Virus record (IMG/VR): IMGVR_UViG_3300020219_000016
Coordinates: 7,915-71,914 of that record
Origin: a virus
DNA: 64,000 bases
Reading direction: 5' to 3' (one strand)
The stretch's first letter is position 1. Each line of letters opens with the position of its first letter. The translations under genes and the position numbers were made by a program. Positions 44,499 to 52,877 of this stretch are shown here, piece after piece. The notes under the pieces were generated by a model. It did no database searches. It was not told the DNA's origin and saw only the letters and a list, made by a program, of their open reading frames with translations.

Positions 44499-46892
44499 AT
44501 GGGAACAGTATTTGACCATGTGCAACGGTCAGTGGTGCAGAAGACAAAAGTGCAGAAATTCGCGGTTGGCCGGATCGTCAAAGAATTTCAGCGTAAACAC
44601 TGTTCATTGGTCACGATGGCGTGCGGTTCCGGTAAGTCCCGTGTGACGTTCAGTGTGATCGAGAAACTGAAGAAGACGATCAGCATTGTCGCGGTACCGA
44701 ATCTCGGGTTGATTAAGCAGGTAAGAGACGGCGTTTCTGACCGTAAGCTATTGCGCAATCACACTCAGTTGCTGGTGTGTTCTACCATTCGGCATGGCGA
44801 TGTGCGTGAAACTCCAGAGGATTACGGGTTTTATGTCACAACAGACCCGCAAACGATTCTGGAAGCGTGCCAAGCGGCTACAGTGAAGAAGCCACTGTTG
44901 ATCGTCGTGACGTACCAGAGCTTTGACAAGATCCAGGCGGCGATGCTTCTGGCAAAGAAGTCTCGCAAGCCGGTAACGCTCGGACTACTTGTCGCTGATG
45001 AGGCGCACAATACGGCGGGTGAAAACACGAAGAAGATGTCGCTGTGCTTGAGTGACAGCGTGGCAAAGATCCAGAAGCGGTTGTTTCTGACAGCAACACC
45101 GCGTGTCGCAGGCGAGACTGTATTGCGCCCTGAAACGTTGAACTGCATGAATGACACCAGCGTATACGGCAATCTGGTTTATGACCTGTCGTTCGCAAAG
45201 TCCATTAAGCAGGGCATCACATGTGACTACGAGATCCGTAGCATGGAAGTCAAATGTGATTCAGAAAAGGCTAAGAAACTGAATGGCAAAGACTACCAGA
45301 AAAGTGAAGGCCGCATTACGGAACTGGCAAAGTTCATCGCTCGTGAAATGAAAAAGAAGCCGGGTATGCGGATCTTCTCGTTTCATACGAAGTGCGAGAA
45401 TGCGGAGGCGTTTAATCAGGCGTTGCTCAAATGCAAAGTGTGGAGTCGCTGCATCACGGGTGAGATGAAGTTCAGCGACCGTGAACAGATTCTGCGGGAG
45501 TTTGAGTCGCCAGGTGAAAGCCGAATCATTACCAGCGTGCGAGTGTTCGCAGAAGGCGTTGACGTGCCGTCAGTTGATACGGTGATGTTGACAGATCCGC
45601 TGACGACAGCAGGTCAGATTGCACAGATGGTTGGGCGTGGCCAGCGCGTGGAAGCTGGTAAGGAAAAACTGACCGTGTTTCTGCCGATCTTTCATCCGGT
45701 CGGGGAAGATGGCGATTTGGCAGAGCAGACGGCGAAGTGTTCGTACTTTCGCAGTGCGCTGAAGGTTCTGCGGGTGATGGCGTCGTTGGATGAGCGGCTG
45801 GTTTCGGAATTGCGCAATTCGAACGAAATAACTGGCGATGAGGATGATGATCCACGGCGAATCATGAAGTTCGAGTTTTCGGAACAGTTTGCGCCGGTGA
45901 TTAAGTCGCTGTTGCTGAATAAGGTTGCACCGTTCGAGCCGAAGACTATTGAGGAAATGGTTGCTGGTTTTCGTGCATCGGAAGTATTGCGACCATCGCC
46001 GGAAACAGGAACGCTCGTTCTGTGTGGAAAGACGCTAAGTGCATGGCGAGCTTATCTATCGCGTCATAAGTTCGAAAAAACGCTGTCAGAGGTTTTCGAT
46101 ATGACATGGCCCGAAACAGCGGAGTTCAACCCAAAAACCGTCGCGGAGATGGTTGCTGGTTTTCGTGCATCAGGTATATCACGACCATCGCAGGCAAAGG
46201 ATAACCTGTCGTTCGTTCTGTGTGGCAGGAGACTGGATACATGGTCAGAGTATCTATCGCGTCATAAGTTCGAAAAAACGCTGTCAGGGGTTTTCGATAT
46301 GACATGGCCCGAAACAGCGGAGTTCAACCCAAAAACCGTCGCGGAAATGGTTGCTGGGTTTCGTGAATCAGGAGTCTCACGACCATCGCAAGCAAGAGAT
46401 AACCAGTCGTTTGTTCTGTGTGGAAAGACGCTAACTACATGGGGACCGTATCTCGTTCGTCATAAGTTTGGTAAAAAGCTGTCCGACGTGTTCAACATGA
46501 CATGGCCTGAAACAGCGGATTGGAGTCCGGAGACGATTGCGGAGATGATTGCTGGTTTTCGTGCATCAGGTATATCACGACCATCGCAGGCAAAGGATAA
46601 CCTGTCGTTCGTTCTGTGTGGAAGGCGACTGGATGCATGGCAACCGTATATAAGGCTCCGTAAGTTTGGAAAAACGCTGTCCGAGGTGCTCGACATGACA
46701 TGGCCACCAAACGGCTACTGGCTCCCATCCTCAATCGACGAAGCCGTCACCCGTCTCCGCAAAGATCACAAGCGTGTTCCATCATTCGGCGAGCAACCAT
46801 GTGGCTTCGCAGCGGATCACTGGGATAACATCGCCAAGAGCCTTGGCATAACAGTACCAGAACTCATGCGTCGTGCATGGCCTGATGCGTAG
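44499..46892 (+). CDS. SF2 DEAH helicase with C-terminal tandem 66-aa repeats
   Basis: MACGSGKS, TYQS, DEAH, LTATPR, EGVDVP, QMVGR.QR; repeats PKT..EM.AGFR..RPS..LCG..L..W..Y...KTLS.VFDMTWP. Confidence 0.9.
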   Translation: MGTVFDHVQRSVVQKTKVQKFAVGRIVKEFQRKHCSLVTMACGSGKSRVTFSVIEKLKKTISIVAVPNLGLIKQVRDGVSDRKLLRNHTQLLVCSTIRHGDVRETPEDYGFYVTTDPQTILEACQAATVKKPLLIVVTYQSFDKIQAAMLLAKKSRKPVTLGLLVADEAHNTAGENTKKMSLCLSDSVAKIQKRLFLTATPRVAGETVLRPETLNCMNDTSVYGNLVYDLSFAKSIKQGITCDYEIRSMEVKCDSEKAKKLNGKDYQKSEGRITELAKFIAREMKKKPGMRIFSFHTKCENAEAFNQALLKCKVWSRCITGEMKFSDREQILREFESPGESRIITSVRVFAEGVDVPSVDTVMLTDPLTTAGQIAQMVGRGQRVEAGKEKLTVFLPIFHPVGEDGDLAEQTAKCSYFRSALKVLRVMASLDERLVSELRNSNEITGDEDDDPRRIMKFEFSEQFAPVIKSLLLNKVAPFEPKTIEEMVAGFRASEVLRPSPETGTLVLCGKTLSAWRAYLSRHKFEKTLSEVFDMTWPETAEFNPKTVAEMVAGFRASGISRPSQAKDNLSFVLCGRRLDTWSEYLSRHKFEKTLSGVFDMTWPETAEFNPKTVAEMVAGFRESGVSRPSQARDNQSFVLCGKTLTTWGPYLVRHKFGKKLSDVFNMTWPETADWSPETIAEMIAGFRASGISRPSQAKDNLSFVLCGRRLDAWQPYIRLRKFGKTLSEVLDMTWPPNGYWLPSSIDEAVTRLRKDHKRVPSFGEQPCGFAADHWDNIAKSLGITVPELMRRAWPDA
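45939..46710 (+). repeat. four ~198-bp intragenic tandem repeats
   Basis: CCAAAAACCGTCGCGGA at 46131 and 46329 (198-bp period) with matching flanking units. Confidence 0.9.
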
Positions 46893-46947
46893 GTCCATAG
46901 AAGCGTGTGTAAGTGTTTAAACCTTGATTTTGAAAGCGAGTGTAGTT

Positions 46948-47685
46948 ATGAAACGACGACAAATTCTCAGAGCCCTTGGTGGAGTCAGTGCCCTTACTGC
47001 AACAGCAGCGGTCGCTGGTCACAATGTCGGCTTTACAAACGATGGTTCCCCGGCAGTGGCAGTGCCATTTCTCACAAGACTGATGGTCATTGCCAGCGCA
47101 CTCGGTGGTGAGTCTGTAATGCGTATCGCATTCGCAGAGTACATGTGCTGGTATCAGCGTGGCGTGCGCGTGTCGTTCTGCCATACGGATGAGCAGCATG
47201 GCGATCTGTCAGAAATGATGGTGGAGATCGAATTGCTGAAAGACAAGAACGAAACGGCAATTAAGCATCTGCGAAAGATTTGCGCAGACGCATCAGGTCT
47301 CAGGTACGAGGCTGTGATGCATGGTCTCACATGGGACGATAAGCGTCGGATGGCAGCGTGGTTGACGGCAGCGTATCTACAGAACGCAGTGGAAGTCTTT
47401 GAGCGGCAGTGCGAACCCGTACAACGGCGTTCAGCGTTTGAGGGTATGATTTGTTCAACGAGTATCGAGCATACTGCGACAATGCTCGATGTGCGGTCAG
47501 ACGGTATTCATCCCCCTGATCTGCTTCGAGCAGAGTTGATTCGCGTATCGCTCGAAATAAAAACGATCGTCGATGAAGGGCACAGGTTCATAAATGTGTC
47601 GATTAAGTCGCATGACAACGGTCATTGCACAGTATCTTGCTATGGCGTGAATCATACGCAAGTTGTTCCCAAACAAGGGTCTTGA
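46948..47685 (+). CDS. twin-arginine signal protein, paralog 1
   Basis: MKRRQILRALGG..AVA; GLTWDDKRRM. Confidence 0.7.
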   Translation: MKRRQILRALGGVSALTATAAVAGHNVGFTNDGSPAVAVPFLTRLMVIASALGGESVMRIAFAEYMCWYQRGVRVSFCHTDEQHGDLSEMMVEIELLKDKNETAIKHLRKICADASGLRYEAVMHGLTWDDKRRMAAWLTAAYLQNAVEVFERQCEPVQRRSAFEGMICSTSIEHTATMLDVRSDGIHPPDLLRAELIRVSLEIKTIVDEGHRFINVSIKSHDNGHCTVSCYGVNHTQVVPKQGS

Positions 47686-47706
47686 TTAGTATCTACTTAA
47701 CAGAAA
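47592..47706 (+). repeat. 115-bp duplication (copy at 49656..49770)
   Basis: AAATGTGTCGATTAAG...TCTACTTAA.AGAAA near-identical. Confidence 0.85.
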
Positions 47707-47717
47707 GAGAGTGACGT

Positions 47718-48458
47718 ATGAATCGTAGAAGCATTCTGAAGTCCGTCAGTGGCGCATTGGCATTGGCGGCAGGGCATCGGGTGGCAGTGGCAGTGCCGGA
47801 GGTGCCGTCTCAGCAGATATCATGGATGTATCGCGCCATCGCGTTGATGCGTCGCATGTGTGTCGATCAAACAATGTGCCGTGTGTTCTATGCACTGCAG
47901 CGGCAGTTGCAATGTGGGTATGAGCCATGCCACATGTCGTCACCGGATGAGTTGAACAGCCTATTGTGTACCCGCAGGGATATGACCACGTTTTATTTAA
48001 GGAACAATGTTATTCAGGTTCCCGTGGAACTCCAGAGGATCGCAGATTCATTGGGGCACCTGAGTAACGAAGAACTTGTCCAAGACTTGTCGTGGGATGA
48101 GCGACGCCGAATCGGAGCGGAAATCATGGAATGGTCATTACGGAAGTTCATGATTTATGAAATGAAAATCGGCGATGGTGGACCACGGAAAGGGACGGAG
48201 ATGGTAGGAGGTTGCCGGGTAGGTCCAGATGACATCGCATTCAAAGTAAGCGACGATGGTGTTTCTGGCGTTGAAGCGCTTCTCAGAAGACTTGAAAAAG
48301 TGAAAGGCTATCTTCTCGAAGATGCGAGGAAGCACACTGTGGTGTACGGTGAAGTCGAATCTTACGAAACTGGTGAAATGTGGATTCGCAGTTACGGTGT
48401 GCGCAATCCAGCAGTCGAAAGTTTCCGATCTCGCGAAACGAAAGTAGGTGCCGTATGA
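47718..48458 (+). CDS. twin-arginine signal protein, paralog 2
   Basis: MNRRSILKSVSGALALAAG; DLSWDERRRI. Confidence 0.7.
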   Translation: MNRRSILKSVSGALALAAGHRVAVAVPEVPSQQISWMYRAIALMRRMCVDQTMCRVFYALQRQLQCGYEPCHMSSPDELNSLLCTRRDMTTFYLRNNVIQVPVELQRIADSLGHLSNEELVQDLSWDERRRIGAEIMEWSLRKFMIYEMKIGDGGPRKGTEMVGGCRVGPDDIAFKVSDDGVSGVEALLRRLEKVKGYLLEDARKHTVVYGEVESYETGEMWIRSYGVRNPAVESFRSRETKVGAV

Positions 48459-49120
48459 AGCGTAGAAGCGTGTTGCAAGCGGTTGGTTGGCTGATGGCGT
48501 TGGTTGGTGGCGGCGTGGCAAAAGCGTCTGTCGATTCAGGAGACGCGCAAGTCTCATTCATGGTTCGAGCGTTAGCCTTAGCTCGCATGATTGGCGATCG
48601 TGACCTTGTGGCCAGAACATTTAGGTCATTGAGTCGCGATCTTCTCTTCGGAATGCAAATGACGATCATGCCATCAGATGATGAGTATGATATGATAAGT
48701 AAAATAGCGTGGGCATCGGGTATTGGGGGGCCAGCTAGTTTAGACGATCGCATTGATGCACTAACAGACACTGCGAAAGGAATGACGTGTGCTGACCTGT
48801 TTCGAGGTCTGTCATGGGACGATCAACGACGGATCGTTATGGCAATTGAAGAACTAACGAAACGATCACCCGGCAACGGGAGGAGAATAACCATGAGTGA
48901 AACCGAACCACCGTTGCTCGGCGTGCATCGCCTTGTTAGTTGCGATTCGATTGTCGTGTCATGGGAAGGCGACGGGCAGTTAGAGGCACATGAGTATGCA
49001 GCCATTTATCAAGAGTGGCAGCGTAACGGCAACAAGGCGTTTCTTTGCCGCGGCATCGAAGACGCTAAGTTCCTGGCGCTCCAATTGGTGAATGGATCGT
49101 GTAATGACTGTCTTGTTTAA
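48455..49120 (+). CDS. twin-arginine signal protein, paralog 3, fused in frame to cassette ORF 48893..49120
   Basis: MKRRSVLQAVG..AKA; GLSWDDQRRI; switches into attC-like duplicate at 48855. Confidence 0.65.
   Translation: MKRRSVLQAVGWLMALVGGGVAKASVDSGDAQVSFMVRALALARMIGDRDLVARTFRSLSRDLLFGMQMTIMPSDDEYDMISKIAWASGIGGPASLDDRIDALTDTAKGMTCADLFRGLSWDDQRRIVMAIEELTKRSPGNGRRITMSETEPPLLGVHRLVSCDSIVVSWEGDGQLEAHEYAAIYQEWQRNGNKAFLCRGIEDAKFLALQLVNGSCNDCLV
48852..48941 (-). mobile_element. attC-like recombination site, copy 2
   Basis: AACTAAC...GTTAGTT perfect outer boxes; 48855..48951 matches 42301..42397 with 2 mismatches. Confidence 0.65.
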
Positions 49121-49304
49121 CGCCATTCATTTGGCAGTACGAGAGAATAAGATGGGAAAGTTCTTCATCTGATAGTTGGCGATGTGCGTAGACGGTGAAT
49201 TGAACGCGAAGTTCTTCGTCTCGGAATTCGTGAAAGACGTTTGGCATTACGGCGTTCATGGATGAATCCTTTTCAGTAGCAACTAACAATTTATTCATCA
49301 ACAC
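49065..49304 (-). CDS. hypothetical protein (opposite strand)
   Basis: AAGGA RBS before MNAVMPNV; fills + strand gap. Confidence 0.4.
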   Translation of the reverse strand: MLMNKLLVATEKDSSMNAVMPNVFHEFRDEELRVQFTVYAHRQLSDEELSHLILSYCQMNGVKQDSHYTIHSPIGAPGT

Positions 49305-49379
49305 ATCGGTCGCAGCGAAGTTCTGAAGGAACGAGTTTGCTACAAGGAATCAGATTCCGATATCGAGGCTTATTGCATA

Positions 49380-49670
49380 GTGTTCAGTGGACCATGTCGG
49401 CTTGCAGGTGGAGACTACACCTTCTCAAGTGCAGATGTGGAAATGAAGTATTCTCTGAACAAGACTATGTCGTTAATGGAAAAAGCGCTACAAGGAACAA
49501 CCGGCATTTCCATCGGCAGATTCACGCCGGTTTCATGGGGCGGGTTTGCCGTGAAGTTCTATTGCAAACCAATACGTGAAAATCTCGAAGAACTTAAACG
49601 GCGCAAGTACGGAAGTGAAAATTGGATCGAGGAGATGATTGCGCGAGACGAGCGAAAATGTGTCGATTAA
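49380..49670 (+). CDS. hypothetical protein
   Basis: Tiled ORF, start uncertain. Confidence 0.4.
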   Translation: MFSGPCRLAGGDYTFSSADVEMKYSLNKTMSLMEKALQGTTGISIGRFTPVSWGGFAVKFYCKPIRENLEELKRRKYGSENWIEEMIARDERKCVD

Positions 49671-49781
49671 GGCGCATGACAACGGTCATTGCACAGTATC
49701 TTGCTATGGCGTGAATCATACGCAAGTTGTTCCCAAAAAAGGGGTTTGATTAGTCTCTACTTAATAGAAATCGAGTTGAGT

Positions 49782-50408
49782 ATGAAGTGTCTAAACGTGT
49801 TGCAAGCCGTCGGTGTCGCGTGTCCATACGGGCAGCGTGCGATGGAGTTGGCGAAACGAATGTGCAATGAGGATGCGTTCGACGGTGTCGTATGGGAATT
49901 GAACACTCGTATTCTCGACAACGACTGTCGCTTCGGTGTCAATGGAATGTGCAGTGAGGATTGGAAGAACATGAGCAGTCCGGAATATCGGCTTGAATTA
50001 AAGTCCGAATTGTCGGTCTATTTTCGTGAGCCAAACGCACTTGAAGCGTGGAGCGACAAGGATCTAATCGACGACATGTCATTCGAGGAGCGTTTTCTCA
50101 TTGGCTCTACAATCGCGATGGAGTCTTTGAAGGAGTACGTGTCGCGAAAAGGTAATGTGCCGGAAGATCGATCGGGCACTAATGAACACGCGAAAGTATT
50201 GGGGGCGGCGTCATGGGATGCAGGCATGCTCACATTTAGTAAACCATTTGAAACTCGATCGGCAATGGAGTCGTTTCGTCATGCTATGTCAACAGCACAA
50301 AGTCATGCACAATTGGTGATGGATCACGAACGAGTGGTTGTGTTAGAGTTTCGACTACATCGTGCGTGTCTTGAGCCGACATATCTCGGATTTGATTCTA
50401 CCCCTTAA
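49782..50408 (+). CDS. paralog 4 of the Tat-signal family, signal eroded
   Basis: MKCLNVLQAVG (cf. MKRRSVLQAVG), RAMELAKRM, DMSFEERFLI. Confidence 0.6.
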   Translation: MKCLNVLQAVGVACPYGQRAMELAKRMCNEDAFDGVVWELNTRILDNDCRFGVNGMCSEDWKNMSSPEYRLELKSELSVYFREPNALEAWSDKDLIDDMSFEERFLIGSTIAMESLKEYVSRKGNVPEDRSGTNEHAKVLGAASWDAGMLTFSKPFETRSAMESFRHAMSTAQSHAQLVMDHERVVVLEFRLHRACLEPTYLGFDSTP

Positions 50409-50591
50409 ACCGCACACGCTGTGGCCGCAAGACGCAGACACAAATGGCGGCAATGACAGCAGTGGGTCTGGAGCGTAGAGTCACGAGCGCAAACTGGTAT
50501 CGTCGTAATTCATTGGCTGTTGCCGTCGATCAGCAGTCCAGAATCGTGACAATCGACTTTCTTTTGTTCAATCTTTAGGGGGGTGGTCAAA

Positions 50592-50891
50592 ATGTCAGAG
50601 CGTTTTACTGTTGATCGTGAGTCAGGATATCCAGCTTCAGACGGTAGTCTGTGCGTTACAGACAACCTGCATTACGAGGATTGGCACACTAATGCATACT
50701 GGTGTGAACCAAATGGAAATAGAGTACTGTGTGTCGAATTGTACAAGTTCATTAACTTCAGAGGTCCAATGTATTTGCCGGATGATCAAATACAGGAAAT
50801 GAATAAACTATGCATTCAGTTTATTGAAACGGAGATCTCGGAAGCGGCAGCAAAGTCCGAAGCATCCGAAAAGGAAGTGAACATCGCGTAG
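50592..50891 (+). CDS. hypothetical protein
   Basis: ORF 50583..50891. Confidence 0.6.
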   Translation: MSERFTVDRESGYPASDGSLCVTDNLHYEDWHTNAYWCEPNGNRVLCVELYKFINFRGPMYLPDDQIQEMNKLCIQFIETEISEAAAKSEASEKEVNIA

Positions 50892-50915
50892 CCGCAATCA
50901 GTTCTCTGAATTGAC

Positions 50916-50955
50916 AGGGTGATGATGCTGCTGAAAATGTGGCATCATCACCTTT
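50916..50955 (+). terminator. hairpin, possible terminator
   Basis: AGGGTGATGATGC...GCATCATCACCTT. Confidence 0.45.
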
Positions 50956-51017
50956 GCGTTGATAAATACATGCAAAACGAAAACAATTCAGAATCTGCCG
51001 AAATCTGATAAACTCGC

Positions 51018-51050
51018 TTGCCAGAATATGGCGATGATCGTATATTCCAT
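51018..51050 (+). promoter_or_regulatory. promoter upstream of sigma factor
   Basis: TTGCCA-N17-TATATT within CGTATATTCCAT variant of the motif. Confidence 0.55.
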
Positions 51051-51230
51051 AAATAGACCCACCGTCAGGGTCAAGTGTGAGTGCTGTACGCGGACATGTT
51101 TCGTGGCAGTGCTTGCAGGAAGCCGTTTAAGAGTTCGGGATATATCACTTTACGTGACCGGCCCCGGAGATTGATGAATCGAGGTTCAAAGATTGCGGGA
51201 ATAAATCACCACTCGAACAGGATTGCAAAA

Positions 51231-51779
51231 ATGTGCGGGCCAGAATGTATAGTCGCCATCGCGGCAGGGGATGAGCAGGCGTTCGGAAACCTGATGGTTG
51301 AGTACGAGCGCAAGATGATTCGCTGGTTTTACAACCATGATGTTTCTTGGGATGTCGCCAGAGAGCTCACTCAGGATTTATTCCTGAAGATCTGGAAAAA
51401 GGCCGGCACATTTAAATCGCAATTCGATGTTCACGGATGGCTGTACGCAATCGCGCGGAACATAGCCAAAGATCACCATCGAGCTTTGAATCGTGAAAAG
51501 CGGCACGCATGTGTGTTGCAGTGCGATGACTTTAGCTCGATTGCAGACAGTTACTCAGATGAGTCTCGGCGGATCGACGCGAAAGATGTCGTGGATGCGC
51601 TACTGGCAGGCGAGGATGAGTCTGTGCGAGATTTCCTGTATGACATGGTAGACGGCAGCGGCAGTCGGCTTGAGGAAATGGCCGAGGAACAGCACCTGAG
51701 CTGTGGCGGTGTCCGGTATCGCTACGGCGTTTTATTGAAATCTTTGCGTCAAACAGCAGAATCGTCTGCAATGGTTTAG
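51231..51779 (+). CDS. ECF-type sigma-70 factor
   Basis: GDEQAF..L...Y, ARELTQDLFLKIW, WLYAIARN...D; degenerate region-4 HTH. Confidence 0.85.
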   Translation: MCGPECIVAIAAGDEQAFGNLMVEYERKMIRWFYNHDVSWDVARELTQDLFLKIWKKAGTFKSQFDVHGWLYAIARNIAKDHHRALNREKRHACVLQCDDFSSIADSYSDESRRIDAKDVVDALLAGEDESVRDFLYDMVDGSGSRLEEMAEEQHLSCGGVRYRYGVLLKSLRQTAESSAMV

Positions 51780-51799
51780 GTTTCAGCCGTATATGTCAT
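51764..51799 (+). promoter_or_regulatory. recurrent promoter-like motif
   Basis: GTCTGCA-N17-CGTATATGTCAT upstream of csrA. Confidence 0.6.
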
Positions 51800-51863
51800 T
51801 GTTCGGTGTGTGAATCGCCGCAGTGGCGTGGTTAAATTCGGGGTCTGCATGGAGGAAAGAGAA

Positions 51864-52079
51864 ATGGGTATGCTTTGCTTGAGTCGGAAGGTGGGTCAGT
51901 CTATCGTGCTGGCAGACGGCACGATTGAAATCAACGTGCTCGATATTGCGAGAGGGTGCGTGCGGATCGGAATTTCCGCACCAAAAGACATTGATATTAA
52001 CCGCAAGGAAGTTTATGAACAAATCGTCGTGCAGCGTTCTGAATCTGAGTGCAATCCGGAAGGTGCTGCTGCTGGGTAA
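51864..52079 (+). CDS. csrA: carbon storage regulator CsrA-like RNA-binding protein
   Basis: MLCLSRKVGQSI...I.INVL.I....VRIGISAPKDI.I.RKEVY. Confidence 0.9.
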   Translation: MGMLCLSRKVGQSIVLADGTIEINVLDIARGCVRIGISAPKDIDINRKEVYEQIVVQRSESECNPEGAAAG

Positions 52080-52281
52080 GTTCGTGGCTCTGGAGGGTGA
52101 CCGTCGAGCGGTGGCAGAATCGCTTGGAATCGGCTATACAAGTACCGTGACCAGTATTCGCGAGATCGTGCCACTGCGAAGTAACCCGGACGCTGAGTTG
52201 AGAGACTCAGCCGTGCGAGGCTTGAAAGCACTACGAGACGAGATTTCTCGTCTGATTCAGCAGGCACAAAATGCAGGCTGA
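52063..52281 (+). CDS. hypothetical protein
   Basis: 3' part of ORF 51925..52281. Confidence 0.4.
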   Translation: MLLLGKFVALEGDRRAVAESLGIGYTSTVTSIREIVPLRSNPDAELRDSAVRGLKALRDEISRLIQQAQNAG

Positions 52282-52291
52282 CATTGAATAA

Positions 52292-52386
52292 TCTGCTGCC
52301 TTAACTCCCGTGTGGTGACGGTAAAAGTTGCATCGTGGTCCTCCTGTACCGTGGTGTAGTGAGTTGAGGCCGCAGGTTTCTTTTTT
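52292..52386 (+). terminator. long imperfect hairpin ending in T-run
   Basis: CTGC.GCCTTAACTC ... GAGTTGAGGC.GCAG + TTTCTTTTTT. Confidence 0.45.
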
Positions 52387-52401
52387 CGGGCGTGTGTAGC
52401 A

Positions 52402-52704
52402 ATGGCTGAAATTGACGTGCGTGTAAAGTGCGGCGAGGAAGAGTTCGCCGTGTTGGTGCGATCGTGCGTCGTCACAGGTGCAATCGACACGATGTTATTC
52501 TGCGATGCAGGATTTGCGCAATCGTACTGCAAAGCCCGCTGGCTGATACCAGTTAATGACTGGGAGGCATACCTGATTCAGCCTCAAGCAGGATCGGCAC
52601 TGAAGTACAACGAGGAACCTGTGCGTTACTGCGGCTGGAAGTGCGCAAAGGACGAAACCGAATGGCTGCACATTCATCTTGAGAAGCCGGTAGTTGAATT
52701 CTGA
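52402..52704 (+). CDS. hypothetical protein
   Basis: 100 aa ORF. Confidence 0.6.
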   Translation: MAEIDVRVKCGEEEFAVLVRSCVVTGAIDTMLFCDAGFAQSYCKARWLIPVNDWEAYLIQPQAGSALKYNEEPVRYCGWKCAKDETEWLHIHLEKPVVEF

Positions 52705-52775
52705 AAGAGTTTCTGCAGTGTTTTACTGTCCAGAAAATACTTTCCGAAATCTTTGTAAATCGACACCGAATAAGA

Positions 52776-52804
52776 TTGACGGTCGAATCGGGATGGACGA
52801 TACT
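52776..52804 (+). promoter_or_regulatory. sigma70-like early promoter (rightward)
   Basis: TTGACG-N17-GATACT. Confidence 0.6.
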
Positions 52805-52877
52805 CCTGAAGTCGCGAGTCGGAATTACTGACTCGGATGAAACAAGGTTGGCCCCGTGAGGGCTTGGAGAAATTGAG

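Noticed and set aside
45939-46710. Diversity-generating retroelement TR/VR pair
   Set aside because: Differences between repeats are not adenine-specific, and no reverse transcriptase is present in the window.
44499-46892. Complete Type ISP/III restriction-modification system
   Set aside because: No fused nuclease or methyltransferase domain, and no adjacent mod gene.
49281-49388. Fourth attC-like site starting AACTAAC
   Set aside because: Only ATCGG/CCGAT and AAC/GTT pair; no convincing inner boxes.
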